A stretch of DNA of 64,000 nucleotides from Dictyostelium discoideum. Taxonomy: Eukaryota. A model generated the notes under the pieces. It was not told the DNA's origin. It ran no database searches and saw only the letters and a program-made list of their open reading frames with translations. Of this stretch, positions 50,458-64,000 are shown piece after piece (the stretch's first letter is position 1; each line of letters starts with the position of its first letter). Location: positions 4,928,001 through 4,992,000 of the forward strand of contig CM000151.3 in the NCBI GenBank assembly GCA_000004695.1. The letters are read 5' to 3'. The position numbers and the translations under genes were made by a program.

Positions 50458-50973
50458 ATGCCTCCAAAGATTAAAATAATTACAGGTCCAATCGGTTCTG
50501 GAAAAACAACAATTTTAAATAGAATCAAAGAGTCATATGAAAGAAAAGAAATCTTTATTGGTCAAAAGGTTGGATTTTTTGGTGAACCTACTGATTCCAC
50601 TGTAGCTAATGCTCTCCTAAAGGATATGTACTCAAAGTTTCCATTTGCTAATGATCAGTTTGAAACTTTACAAAAATACCTAATGGCTGTGGAAGCTAAT
50701 GATTTATGTAATGCTTTGTCATCGTCAGAGTATGATATTGTTTACTTTGATACATCGGTTTTGTATGGAGTTGTATTTTTACAAACTGCTAATGATTTGA
50801 AAATCATAAACAATCAAACCTATTCAAATTGTCTAACGTTTTACTATCAAATGATTTCAAATATTAATTTCGAAAATGCTGAAGTAACCAATTTAAAAGT
50901 CATACCACACATAGGTGTATGGAGCAAATTAACCAAAGAGGTAGAGCCTTTGAAGTCGGTAGTTTATCTATAG
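50458..50973 (+). CDS. Deoxynucleoside-kinase-like P-loop NTPase, 171 aa. It appears truncated. The downstream frame-shifted remnants (to ~51250) suggest a pseudogene or a mis-joined gene.
   Basis: The P-loop GPIGSGKTT is present. There are dNK-like motifs FFGEPTDS (EPV-like) and FDTSVLYGVVF (ERS/DRY-like). The ORF stops before the expected arginine-rich lid. Coding-like text continues in another frame (DYVSKLTDKIRSHCVSQVYQDLKNQ). Confidence 0.4.
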   Translation: MPPKIKIITGPIGSGKTTILNRIKESYERKEIFIGQKVGFFGEPTDSTVANALLKDMYSKFPFANDQFETLQKYLMAVEANDLCNALSSSEYDIVYFDTSVLYGVVFLQTANDLKIINNQTYSNCLTFYYQMISNINFENAEVTNLKVIPHIGVWSKLTKEVEPLKSVVYL

Positions 50974-51326
50974 ACTATGTTTCCAAATTAACCGATAAAA
51001 TTCGATCTCATTGTGTTAGCCAAGTTTATCAAGACTTGAAAAACCAATAAAATGCTGTATCCATAGAGAATACAAAAGCAATGATGACCTGTTCAATGAC
51101 ATTTTCTTTAATGAAAATCCAAACTCAATTCCCACACCATCAAATACTCTAACTCAATCTCTTCAAAGTTCACACTCAAATCTTAGTTTTTATTACCCAT
51201 CGAATCAAGAGCAATATTTTAATATTCAAGATTATTTGAATTAATAAAACTAAATTCTAAATAATACTATAAAAAAAAAAAAAAAAAATAAAAATATATT
51301 TAAATTAAATAAAAAAAGAAAAAAAA

Positions 51327-51512
51327 ATGTCTACATTTGCCGATCTTCGTTCTGTTTCAGGTGGCTTACTAGGTGGTATGGGTAGTATTGGTGTTGCCGC
51401 TCTTGGTGCCTACTTTATTTATACAAGTGAAATTGGAAGCGTTGATTTCAATATGGGTGTTGGTTTTGCTGCCTTTGGTTGTCTCTTAGTCTCAGATCAT
51501 TATTCAAAATAA
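51327..51512 (+). CDS. Small hydrophobic Gly/Ala-rich protein, 61 aa (hypothetical).
   Basis: The ORF has atypically high GC and non-repetitive codons. The start is an ATG. Confidence 0.3.
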   Translation: MSTFADLRSVSGGLLGGMGSIGVAALGAYFIYTSEIGSVDFNMGVGFAAFGCLLVSDHYSK

Positions 51513-51671
51513 AAATGATTAAAGAAAAATGATTAAAAGAAAAAAAAATAAAATAAAAATTTTTAAGATAACTAGATTTCAATGATTTTTTTTTCAATTA
51601 TTATTTATCAAAATTATTTATTTATTTAAAATAAAAACAAAAATAGTTGATGGTTTTATTTGTTTTTTTCT

Positions 51672-51923
51672 TCATTTTCTTTTGGCACATAATCTAACAA
51701 CTTTTCCATCTATATACTGAAGATTTGTTAATAATTCAGTTCTTTCTTTAAAACGATTTTTTTTTACGATTTTTTCTTTACAGTCAGCTGTACATACACA
51801 AGGTTCAAACTTGGGGAATTCATCTGGATCTGTTAATAGCCACATGTATTTACTCTTTTTTTCCTCAGCTTCTTCAATGGATAAATTTGAATGTGGGCAC
51901 TTATTAGTAGTTCTTTCTTCCAT
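51672..51923 (-). CDS. Small Cys-containing hypothetical protein, 83 aa (MEERTTNKCPHSNLSIEEAEE...CVCTADCKEK...).
   Basis: Clean ORF with balanced codon usage and an ATG start. I recognised no homolog. Confidence 0.35.
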   Translation of the reverse strand: MEERTTNKCPHSNLSIEEAEEKKSKYMWLLTDPDEFPKFEPCVCTADCKEKIVKKNRFKERTELLTNLQYIDGKVVRLCAKRK

Positions 51924-52170
51924 TATTTAAGTTGTAACTATAAATATGTTTGTGCGATAATGTTTTATTTTTAATGTTAGTAAAATAAGTATTAAAAAAA
52001 AATTAAATTATTATTTAAAAAAAATAGAAAAAAACTGTGGGTGTGGTGTTTTAATGATTCCAAAAAAAAAAAAAATCAATAATAAAATAAAAAATTTTAT
52101 AAATAAAATCTTTAATCTTTTTTAAATTAACTCTTATATAATTATTTTGTAAATGGTTATTTCAAAATTA

Positions 52171-52345
52171 GACCTAATGATCATGAGACCCTACGCTCTA
52201 CCAATTGTGCCAACCCGACATGTTGATATTTTTTGACAAAAAATGCTCAATCTGGTGTTATCCAATTCAAAAAAAAAAAGTTTCTTAATGATTTACCTTA
52301 GGATTATGAGACCTGCACTATACCAACTTAACCAAACTGATATGT
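52171..52345 (-). pseudogene. Two degenerate fragments of the 5' half of tRNA-Met (about 52171..52222 and 52294..52345). Each is followed by the tRNA's native upstream flank ATGTTGATATTTTT.
   Basis: gaccttaggattatgagacctacgctctaccaactgagccaacctgacatgttgatattttttg at 44907-44956 matches gacctaatgatcatgagaccctacgctctaccaattgtgccaacccgacatgttgatattttttgac, and also ttaccttaggattatgagacctgcactataccaacttaaccaaactgatatgttgatattttt. Confidence 0.6.
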
Positions 52346-53254
52346 TGATATTTTTCCTTAGAAAAATGACTAACCAGATATTTTTTAATGTTGAAAAACT
52401 CAACCATCTGGAATTCAAAAAAAATTATAACCTTTACATCAACACCCCAAAAATTGAGGCTAATTCAATACCAACTACATAAGGTTAAGTTTAAAACAAA
52501 ATAATAAAAATTAATAATAATAATATTAACAATAATAATAAGAAATAAAAAAAATTTATTAAAAAACAATATCAAAACTCTGAGGCTTTGGGTTATATTA
52601 TGGAATTTCTTTTGGCAAAAAGAAAAAAAAAAAAAAAAATAAAATTCTAAGAAAAACTTACATAATTTAGAATAAGTAATTAAGAGATAATAGATAACAC
52701 TATATGTATGTTTTAGTGTAAAATTTCTTTTATAACCTTTAATTAAAATTTTTATTTTTCTCACCATTTTTCGTTTTTTCAAAAAAACTTAAAATGCATA
52801 ATTTGGATAGTCTTTATTTGAAAGTAAAAAACCAGGAATGATAAGAAAAATAAAAATTTAAAATAAAGATTATAAAAAATAATTAACACACCAAAACATA
52901 CCATATGTTATTTATTATCTCTTAATTATTTACTTAATCTAATAGATATTCTAACAAAACATTTAAAAATAATTAGTTATGAAATACAAATATATGAATT
53001 AAATATATGTTTAGAAATAAAACAAATAATTAAAACAAATAAAAGATTTATTATTGTTATGGAAATTGTAAAATAAAAACTGATGTTAGTCTCATTACAA
53101 TTATGGGCGATGGTTTTTGCTAATAAAATTTAATAAGGCTTTAAAACTTTTTTTTTTTTTTTACATCTCTTTAAAAATTCCAATTTTCTTGCAACTTTCT
53201 TCCAAATTTTAAGAAAGGTGATCATTTCCAGTATTTAAAATAAATTTCCATCAA

Positions 53255-53328
53255 GCCTTAGTAGCTCAGTTGGTACGAGCGTGAGACTGAAGATCTTAAG
53301 GTCGCTGGTTCGATCCCGGCCTGAGGCA
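53255..53328 (+). tRNA. tRNA-Phe (anticodon GAA), 74 nt.
   Basis: GCCTTAGTAGCTCAGTTGGTACGAGCGTGAGACTGAAGATCTTAAGGTCGCTGGTTCGATCCCGGCCTGAGGCA. The anticodon loop is CUGAAGA. It is highly similar to canonical eukaryotic tRNA-Phe. Confidence 0.85.
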
Positions 53329-53334
53329 AATATT

Positions 53335-54370
53335 TTTTGATGGTTTTCCAATGGCTGATGATCACTCCGCCGAAAAGACACAGTCTGATCACAGGTAAAA
53401 AAAAAAAAAAAAAAAGTTAAATCATACAGATAACAACACAACCAATACAAATAATACCTCCACAACCTCAACAACAAAAAACGAAAGTGCAAAAATCGAC
53501 ACACCTAAAAAACAAACCCTAACAAACCAACTCTCACTAAACAAAGGACTTGATAATCAATTAGATATCATTGCACCTCCATCAATCACAAGACCACTCT
53601 CCTTCTTAGAAAAAAACAATAACACCATCAACATTAAGTGTTACTTTAATCAACCACACATCCATGAAGAATTAACCTCTAAAGATGACACAAGAATCCA
53701 ACAAATTCACAAAAATATTCACAAACTCTTCGAAGATATACTGTCGCCATCAGCATTTAAAATAATTGGTGCAACAGCCTTGGTAAATTGCAACGTTGAT
53801 AAATTAACTTCAATAATCAACCTTCAAAACCAACTTGCACTAAATATAGACAAACTCAACTATAGATTCGATATATCATCAAATGATTATGCAACCATTA
53901 AAACATTCATTAAAACGTACTCACCCAAACATGCAAACGATGCAATTATAAACAACCTCACTAAATTCACCAGTTGTACATCAATTGAATCATTTACTGT
54001 CACATACTCATATGCTGTTGCGTTTAAAAGCTACATTATAACATATCATCTAATTGATCACACACAACATTGTTGATCAAAAGATCGAACAACCATCTGG
54101 TATCACAAGATATATCAAAGCTGCAACACGTAGTGTCACTAAACACAAAATTCAACATGCAAAAAATGCAGATATGGCAACAACTATAAAAAATGCTCTC
54201 ACAAACCCAAATATTAACAAAAACTATCAACCACCAAAAAACAACATTAACACCCCACCAATCAACGAAATTGCAAATTCCAATCGCAATAATAACCCAC
54301 TTCAAAATAGTGGTTCAAAAGCTACACTAAATGAATCACTTAATAATAACGGGAAAAACTCATTATCAAT
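53335..54370 (+). mobile_element. 5'-truncated or rearranged TRE fragment (degenerate ORF1 start, ORF1 and the beginning of the middle ORF). It begins ~22 bp downstream of tRNA-Phe, in the same orientation as the tRNA.
   Basis: ORF 53780..54076 is the ORF1 C-terminus and 54054..54374 is the middle-ORF N-terminus; both are near-identical to 43474..44680. The ORF1 N-terminus is disrupted by an A17 insertion at ~53400. Confidence 0.7.
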
Positions 54371-55500
54371 GTGAGATTTCATTATTGTTTTGGGATTGAT
54401 TGTTATTATTAAGTGATTCATTTAGTGTAGCTTTTGAACAACTATTTGGAAGTGGGTTATTATTGTGATTGGAATTTGCAATTTCGTTGATTGGTGGGGT
54501 GTTAATGTTGTTTTTTGGTGGTTGGTTGTTTTTGTTAATATTTGGGTTTGTGAGAGCATTTTTTATAGTTGTTGCCATATCTGCATTTTTTGCACGTTGA
54601 GTTTTGTGTTTAGTGACACTACGTGTTGCAGCTTTGATATATCTTGTGATACCAGATGGTTGTTCGATCTTTTGATCAACAATGTTGTGTGTGATCAATT
54701 AGATGATATGTTATAATGTAGCTTTTAAACGCAACAGCATATGAGTATGTGACAGTAAATGATTCAATTGATGTACAGCTGGTGAATTTGGTGAGGTTGT
54801 TTGTAATTGCATCGTTTGCATGTTTGGGTGAGTACGTTTGAATGAATGTTTTAATGATTGCATAATCATTTGATGATATTTCGAATCTATAGTTGAGTTT
54901 GTCGATATTTAGTGCAAGTTGGTTTTGAAGGTTGATTATTGAAGTTAATTTATCAACATTGCAGTTTACGAAGGCAGTTGCACCAATTATTTTAAATGCT
55001 GATGGCGACAGTGTATCTTCGAAGAGTTTGTGAATGTTTTTGTGAATTTGTTGAATTCTTGTGTCATCTTTAGAGGTTAATTCTTCACGGATGTGTGGTT
55101 GATTAAAGTAACACTTAATGTTGATGGTGTTATTGTTTTTTTCTAAGAAGGAGAGTGGTCTTGTGATTGATGGAGGTGCAATGATATCTAATTAATTATC
55201 AAGTCCTTTGTTTAGTGAGAATTGGTTTGTTGGGGTTTGTTTTTTAGGTGTGTCGATTTTTGCACTTTTGTTTTTTGTTGTTGAGGTTGTGGAGGTATTA
55301 TTTGTATTGGTTGTGTCGTTATCTGTATGATTTAATTGTAATTCAGTTGAGTGATCATCAGCCATTGTTGAAAGGTATATAGGACGATAGCCCTTGCTTT
55401 ACTGAGCAAAAATAGGGCAAAATTAAGATGAATGAATGTGGTGGTAAAGATATAACAGTGATTTATTTATTATATGTATAAATTCTTGTTTATTTCTTTG
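54371..55500 (-). mobile_element. Inverted TRE 5' fragment (5' UTR, ORF1 and middle-ORF N-terminus) joined head-to-tail-inverted to the preceding fragment. Together they form a ~2.1 kb palindrome-like structure with its junction at ~54370.
   Basis: ORF 54366..54698 on the minus strand is equivalent to 54054..54374 on the plus strand. The 5' UTR at 55361-55500 matches 44700-44830. Confidence 0.7.
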
Positions 55501-55789
55501 TTTCGTTTTTTTTCATACTTTGATAATTTTTATAATTTTGATAATTTTGATATTTTTGATATTTTTGATATTTTTGATAGTTTGTTAAATCCAATGAGGA
55601 ATATAAAGTCAAAAATTAATTATAAAAAAAAAAAAAAACTGGTTTAGAAAATTCACATACATTTTAACAAAGAATAGTATATTGATTAATCCATCAAAGA
55701 TTTAGACAAATAGTGTACACTTTGTTAAATTGGAAAAAATTGTATTGTTAAAAACCAAAAAAGTTGGTTTTTTTTATTTATTTATTTAT

Positions 55790-59279
<3,490 letters not shown>

Positions 59280-59340
59280 ATTTTTTTCTTTTTTTTTTTT
59301 TTTTTTTTTTTTATTGTTTTATTTGCTAGTAGTAATTTGG

Positions 59341-59374
<34 letters not shown>

Positions 59375-59486
59375 CCTTTTAATCGATTCTTTTTGTGCTT
59401 TATTTAAAAATGATATTAAAAAATTAAAGTGAGATTCATAATATTTGATAAATTGAAATAAATTGGTAAAAAAGTAATAGTAAAAA

Positions 59487-59523
<37 letters not shown>

Positions 59524-59974
59524 AAAAATGATCAAAAAAAAAAAAAAATAAAAATAAAAATAAAAATAAAAATAAAAAATAAAATAAAATAAAATACTTT
59601 TTTTTCAAATAATTAATTGAAAAATTAACGACGAAAAAAAAAATAAAATAAAAATAAAAAAATATTTATTTGATTGGATTTTTGTTTTTGATTATTTACT
59701 TTTTATTTATTTTTAAATATTTTAAATTTATATTTATGTTTAACCACTTTTTTTTTTTTTTTTTTAAATTGATTGACAAAAATTAAAAAAAATAAAAATA
59801 AAATGAAAAAAAGAAAAAAAAATATTAAAAATAAAAAAATTAAAAATAAAAATTAAAAAATGAAAAATTTCAATTCTACACACACACCATTACGAATAAT
59901 CTTGATTTGGTCACTGTTTTATTTACATTTTATTTTACTCTGTTTTTTTTTTTTTTTATTTTTTTTTTTATTTT

Positions 59975-61080
59975 TTAATGAACTGGTTTTGATAAAACTT
60001 TTTTCTTTTCAACTTCAATTTTATGGAAAACAATCTTTTTGGAAGTTTTACTTAAATATGACAATGACCCTATTGATTTTTCTTTTCCATTATTTTTATT
60101 ATTATTATTTGTTTGATCTTGATTTTCTTTTACCGATTTTTCTTTTTCTTTTTCTTTTTCTTTTTCTTTTTCTTTGTCCTTATTTTCTTTTTCTTTTTCT
60201 TCTTTTTCTTTTTCTTTTTCTTTTTCTTTTTCTTTTTCTTTTTCTTTTTCTTTATCTAAAGTTTGATTATTTTTATCAACAGATTGAGAATTTTCAATTT
60301 CCATACTATCTTGATCATCTTTTGGTTTATCATCGATATTACTATCATTTTTATTTTTATTATTTTCATTATTTACTTGACTTGCTTGTGATGTATTATT
60401 ATTATTATTATTTGCTTTTGTGACAGTTCTAAAAAATAATTGAGTTCCAAATGTTTCTTCAAAATTTCCTTTATAAAATGTATCACCTATCTTTAATATT
60501 GGATTTGGTGTTTCTAAACCCTATTATTATTATTAATTATTAATTATTATTATTAATTTAGTATTAGTCAAATGATATTGATATAAATAATAATAATTAA
60601 TGATAAATGATTATTTACAATTAAACTATAATCTTTATTTAATAAGTAACCAGGATCTTCACCAACGATTTCTAATAAAATTAAAGTATCATCTGGTTCT
60701 AAAGAATCCTCTTCTTCATCTAATAGATATTGACTTGATGGAAATCCTGTATCTTTTTCTTCTTCACTTGATATTTGATAAAGTTCATCATCACTATCAT
60801 CAGTTTCTTCAGATTCATCATCATCTTCTTCATCTTCCTCAATATTGTAAACACTTTCACCATAATCACCTTGTGAATTCTCTATTTCGTCAGAAAAACT
60901 TTCATAACCATCATCATCATCATCATCGTCATCATCATCATCGTCATTTTCAACTTGATAATCATTTTTCTTATTTTTATTGTGAGTAGTAAAGGTATTT
61001 TTAATTTTCTCTAATTTATTTTCAAGTGACTCCTCTTCATCTTCCTCTGATGACGCTTTATTTCTCCCTTTTTTTGGCAT
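59975..61080 (-). CDS. Acidic hypothetical protein, ~335 aa. join(59975..60520,60619..61080). It has an N-terminal D/E-rich region, a conserved block EDPGYLLNKDYSLI|GLETPNPILKIGDTFYKGNFEETFGTQLFF, and then a (KE)n tract.
   Basis: The likely start is the ATG at 61080 (MPKKGRNKASSEEDEE). Donor ATT|GTAAAT, acceptor aataatag|GGT, both phase 0. The ORF-track start upstream (MFFTFFF...) is poly-T junk. Confidence 0.5.
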
Positions 61081-61790
61081 TCTTTTAAAAATTATTTGTT
61101 GTGTTTTGAAGAAGGAAAAAAAAAAAAAATAAAAAAATAAAAAAAAAAAAGTAAAAAACAAAAAAAAAAGCGAAAAAATGAAAAATAAAAAAATTAAATT
61201 TAGAAATAAAATTATTAATTATTATTATTATTATTATTTTATTTTAACCTTAAATAATTAAATAAATAATAATAATTAATATAAAACAATTATACAAAGT
61301 TTTAATTTATTATTTTTATTTTAATTTTTAATATAAAGTCAATTATTAATATTTTTTTTATTTTGTATGATTAATTTTTTTTTTGTTTTTTTTTTTTTTA
61401 TATTGATCCATTAAAGGAAATAAACAGTAATAAATAGATTTTTTTATGGATTTTAATTTAAAAAGTTAAGTTTTTTTTTTTTTTTCTTTTTTTTTTTTTT
61501 TTAAGGAACCAATATTGTTTCAGTTTAGGTTGTCTAAATAGAATATTTGGTTAGTTAAAAGAAGATAAAATTACTACTATTTTGGGAATTATTTAAATAA
61601 ATTGGTGGAAAGAGACTAGGTTTGGGATCACTGATTTCGGAATGCAATAAACTTTGCATGTTAAGTTTCTTAAATTAATAATTTGAGGAAAAAATTTGGA
61701 TCTTTGAAGTGATGATCGATTATTAAATTTGGTTACATTTGAAGTAACAAAGCGTCGAACTTGTGATCTATAAATTACGTGAGAAAATTA

Positions 61791-61863
61791 CGCCCAAAGG
61801 GGGGCTCGAACCCCCGACCACAAGGTTAAAAGCCTTGCGCTCTACCGACTGAGCTATCTGGGC
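61791..61863 (-). tRNA. tRNA-Lys (anticodon UUU), 73 nt.
   Basis: The reverse complement GCCCAGATAGCTCAGTCGGTAGAGCGCAAGGCTTTTAACCTTGTGGTCGGGGGTTCGAGCCCCCCTTTGGGCG. The anticodon loop is CUUUUAA. T-arm GGGGG TTCGAGC CCCCC. Confidence 0.8.
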
Positions 61864-62594
61864 AATATTGTTAAATTTTTTGGAAAATTTTCAAATTTTA
61901 TACTGAATTTTTTTACAACGGATCCTCTTCCATAAAAACAAAAACAAAAAATATAAATTCAAACGTAATGGTTCATTCGCCATGGGTCATACAAAAAAAA
62001 AAATAAATAAAAAATTGAATTAAAACAAACTTTGTTCTTTTTTTATAAAACTACTTAAAAACATCTAAAAAGGTGGTTATAAAAAAAAAAAAAAACCAAG
62101 AAAAGCACACATTTAAACGAAATTTTAGTTTTTTATGGCATTTTTAAAAATGTAAAATTTTTTTTTAAAAATCAAAAAAAAAAAAAAAAAGATTGAATAA
62201 GCATAAAAAAAAAAAAGATTAAATAGGCCTTCAATTTTTTAACCCATTCACAGAATCCTCGAGAAAAAATATCTTTTACCATTGCAATTTCCAAAACGAA
62301 AGAGGAGCATTCCAACTGACAGTAAAAAAAATAAATAAAAAAATAAATATTTGGAAGGAAAAAATCAATTTGCCGAGCAATGAGTGTTTTAATTCACCAA
62401 AAAAATAATTTATTACAAATAAACAATAGATTATTCATACTATTTTCTGAGCGAAATAGATATTTCCAAGCCTATTGATAATGTCGTAAATTTATTTCTT
62501 TTTTTTTTTTCAAAAGTTTATAACCATTTTTTTTTTTTTTTTTTTTTTTTGTTAATAAGTTTTAGGTTCTATTACACTAAAAAAACAATATATA

Positions 62595-63138
62595 ATGTCA
62601 AATTGGGAACACGGTATGTAAATAATTTATTTTTTTATTTTTATAAAATAAATATCTAACTAAATTTTATTTTTAAATTAGGTTTATGCGATTGTACTTC
62701 TGATATCAGAGTTTGTTGTATCAGTTACTTATGGCCACAAGTAAATATATATAATCATGATATTTTAAAATTGAAATATTATCATTTATCTCTGTTTTTA
62801 AAAATATTAACCAATTTTTCTCATAAAATATAAATATTAACATTTATCTTTGTTATTTCTAATGAAACCAATTTTTTGACCCCAAGCTTCAAATTATGCA
62901 ACAGAGGGCTACAGTAGAGGGCAGACAGTGTGAAATCACTGATTGCATCTTCACTGCTTTATGTTTTCCATGTGTTACTTGTTTAACTCGTTCACAAATC
63001 AGAGAAAAACATGGTATAGAAGGTTCAGGTGTTATGGATTGTTTAACTGTCTGTTATTGTACCCTCTGTACCATTCACCAACAAACTATGCAACTCCAAG
63101 CTAAAGGTGAAAAACCATCAGGTTTATTCATGAACTAA
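62595..63138 (+). CDS. PLAC8 (DUF614) family Cys-rich protein, ~109 aa. join(62595..62613,62682..62740,62887..63138).
   Basis: Exons 1 and 2 encode MSNWEHGLCDCTSDIRVCCISYLWPQ, the PLAC8 N-terminal W..GLCDC...CC motif. Exon 3 encodes ...CEITDCIFTALCFPCVTCLTRSQIREKHGIEGSGVMDCLTVCYCTLCTIHQQ. Donors are GTATGT and GTAAAT; acceptors are attag and ccaag. Confidence 0.65.
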
Positions 63139-63619
63139 ATTCTTTTTTTTATTATATAATAATAATAAAAAAAAAATAAATAAATAAAAAAATATAAAAA
63201 AATTGTTAAATAATATAATTTTAGTTTTTTTTATTTTTTATTTTTTATTATTATCATTAAATATATAAAATTTTAAATATTTAATATTATTATTTATTTA
63301 TATTTATTTAAAAAAAAAAAAAAAAAGATATTTATTTATTTTTTTTTTTTTCTCAATTTTTTTTTTTAAATTTTTTTAATTATTATAACTTTTATTATTA
63401 TTTTTTTTTTTTTAGTTTTTTAAAATTATTGTTACATGAATTAAATATCTATGGGATTCACATTTTTCCGGATCCTGGTAAGATTTTTTTTATTTTTTTA
63501 TTTAATTTTAAAATTTTATTTTATTTTTTTTTTTTTCCAATGCCTCGAAAAAAAAAAAAAAAAAAAGTTTAAAAAAAAAAATTGGTCAATCTTTTTTTTA
63601 AATAAAAAAAAAAAAAAGA

Positions 63620-64000
63620 ATGAAAATAATTAATTCATTTGTATTTATATTTGTATTATTATTTGTATTTAATACAAATGCAATTAAATTAAGTGAAGAT
63701 GAAAAGTATTCTATTGAAGAAAAACCAGAATGGTATTCAATCGATTCAAATTTTGCAGTTTCACCTGGTAAAATTTCAGATGCTTTAGGTTGGGTTAGTA
63801 ATAATAATAATAATAATTTATTATTTATTTAATTATTTTAAATTAATTTTTTTTTTTTTTTAGGGATATTATAAAAATGAAATTTTAAAAGATGGTTGGG
63901 GTAAATTATATGTTGAAATGAATAAATTTATGACACCAGAAAATTCATCAATTTATTATGAAGCAACAGGTTATTTAGAAGGTTATTTAACATGGTCAAC
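63620..64000 (+). CDS. Phospholipase B-like (PLB/LAMA-like) secreted protein, 5' part only. join(63620..63793,63864..>64000). A signal peptide is present.
   Basis: The signal peptide is MKIINSFVFIFVLLFVFNTNA. Exon 2 reads GYYKNEILKDGWGKLYVEMNKFMTPENSSIYYEATGYLEGYLTWS, which resembles PLB-like N-termini. The GTTAGT donor is weak. Confidence 0.5.

Noticed and set aside
59860-60423. 187-aa plus-strand ORF (LFLFLF...)
   Set aside because: Antisense to the (KE)n region of the acidic protein gene. It is a repeat artefact.
61081-61161. ORF-track start MFFTFFFLFF for the acidic protein gene
   Set aside because: The upstream extension reads through poly-A/T. The ATG at 61080 (MPKKGRNK...) is the plausible start.

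Overview
This 64 kb window is very AT-rich (about 75-80% A+T outside genes) and has long homopolymer and (AAT)n/poly-Asn tracts, FNIP-repeat genes, and tRNA-associated TRE and DGLT-A-type retroelements. That combination points to a Dictyostelium discoideum-like social-amoeba chromosome; it is eukaryotic, not prokaryotic. I read it as a gene-dense region with short introns (GTAAGT donor, AG acceptor) interrupted by a retrotransposon nest around tRNA genes.

What the sequence supports, left to right:
- A tandem array of five paralogous two-exon genes for ~56-61 aa proteins (0.35-6.5 kb).
- An FKBP12-type peptidyl-prolyl isomerase whose first exon is only the ATG, plus a degenerate FKBP fragment 3.5 kb away.
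- A choline/ethanolamine phosphotransferase gene containing a 10-nt micro-exon.
- A ~2620 aa DOCK-family GEF gene.
- Two FNIP-repeat genes flanking a WD40/Utp12 (UTP5/WDR43-like) gene.
- An Ariadne-type RBR E3 ligase, a cytochrome b5-domain gene and an ankyrin-repeat DHHC palmitoyltransferase.
- A tRNA-Met(CAU) gene with a full-length non-LTR TRE element ~50 bp downstream and a full-length Ty3/gypsy DGLT-A-like LTR element 6 bp upstream.
- A second locus where tRNA-Phe(GAA) is followed by an inverted (palindromic) pair of 5'-truncated TRE fragments.
- tRNA-Met pseudo-fragments that preserve the pre-insertion target site.
- A NEK-family kinase with a 48-Asn tract, a tRNA-Lys(UUU), a PLAC8 gene and the start of a phospholipase B-like gene.

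All intron/exon coordinates were derived by hand from splice signals and reading frame. They should be confirmed with RNA-seq or homology search.
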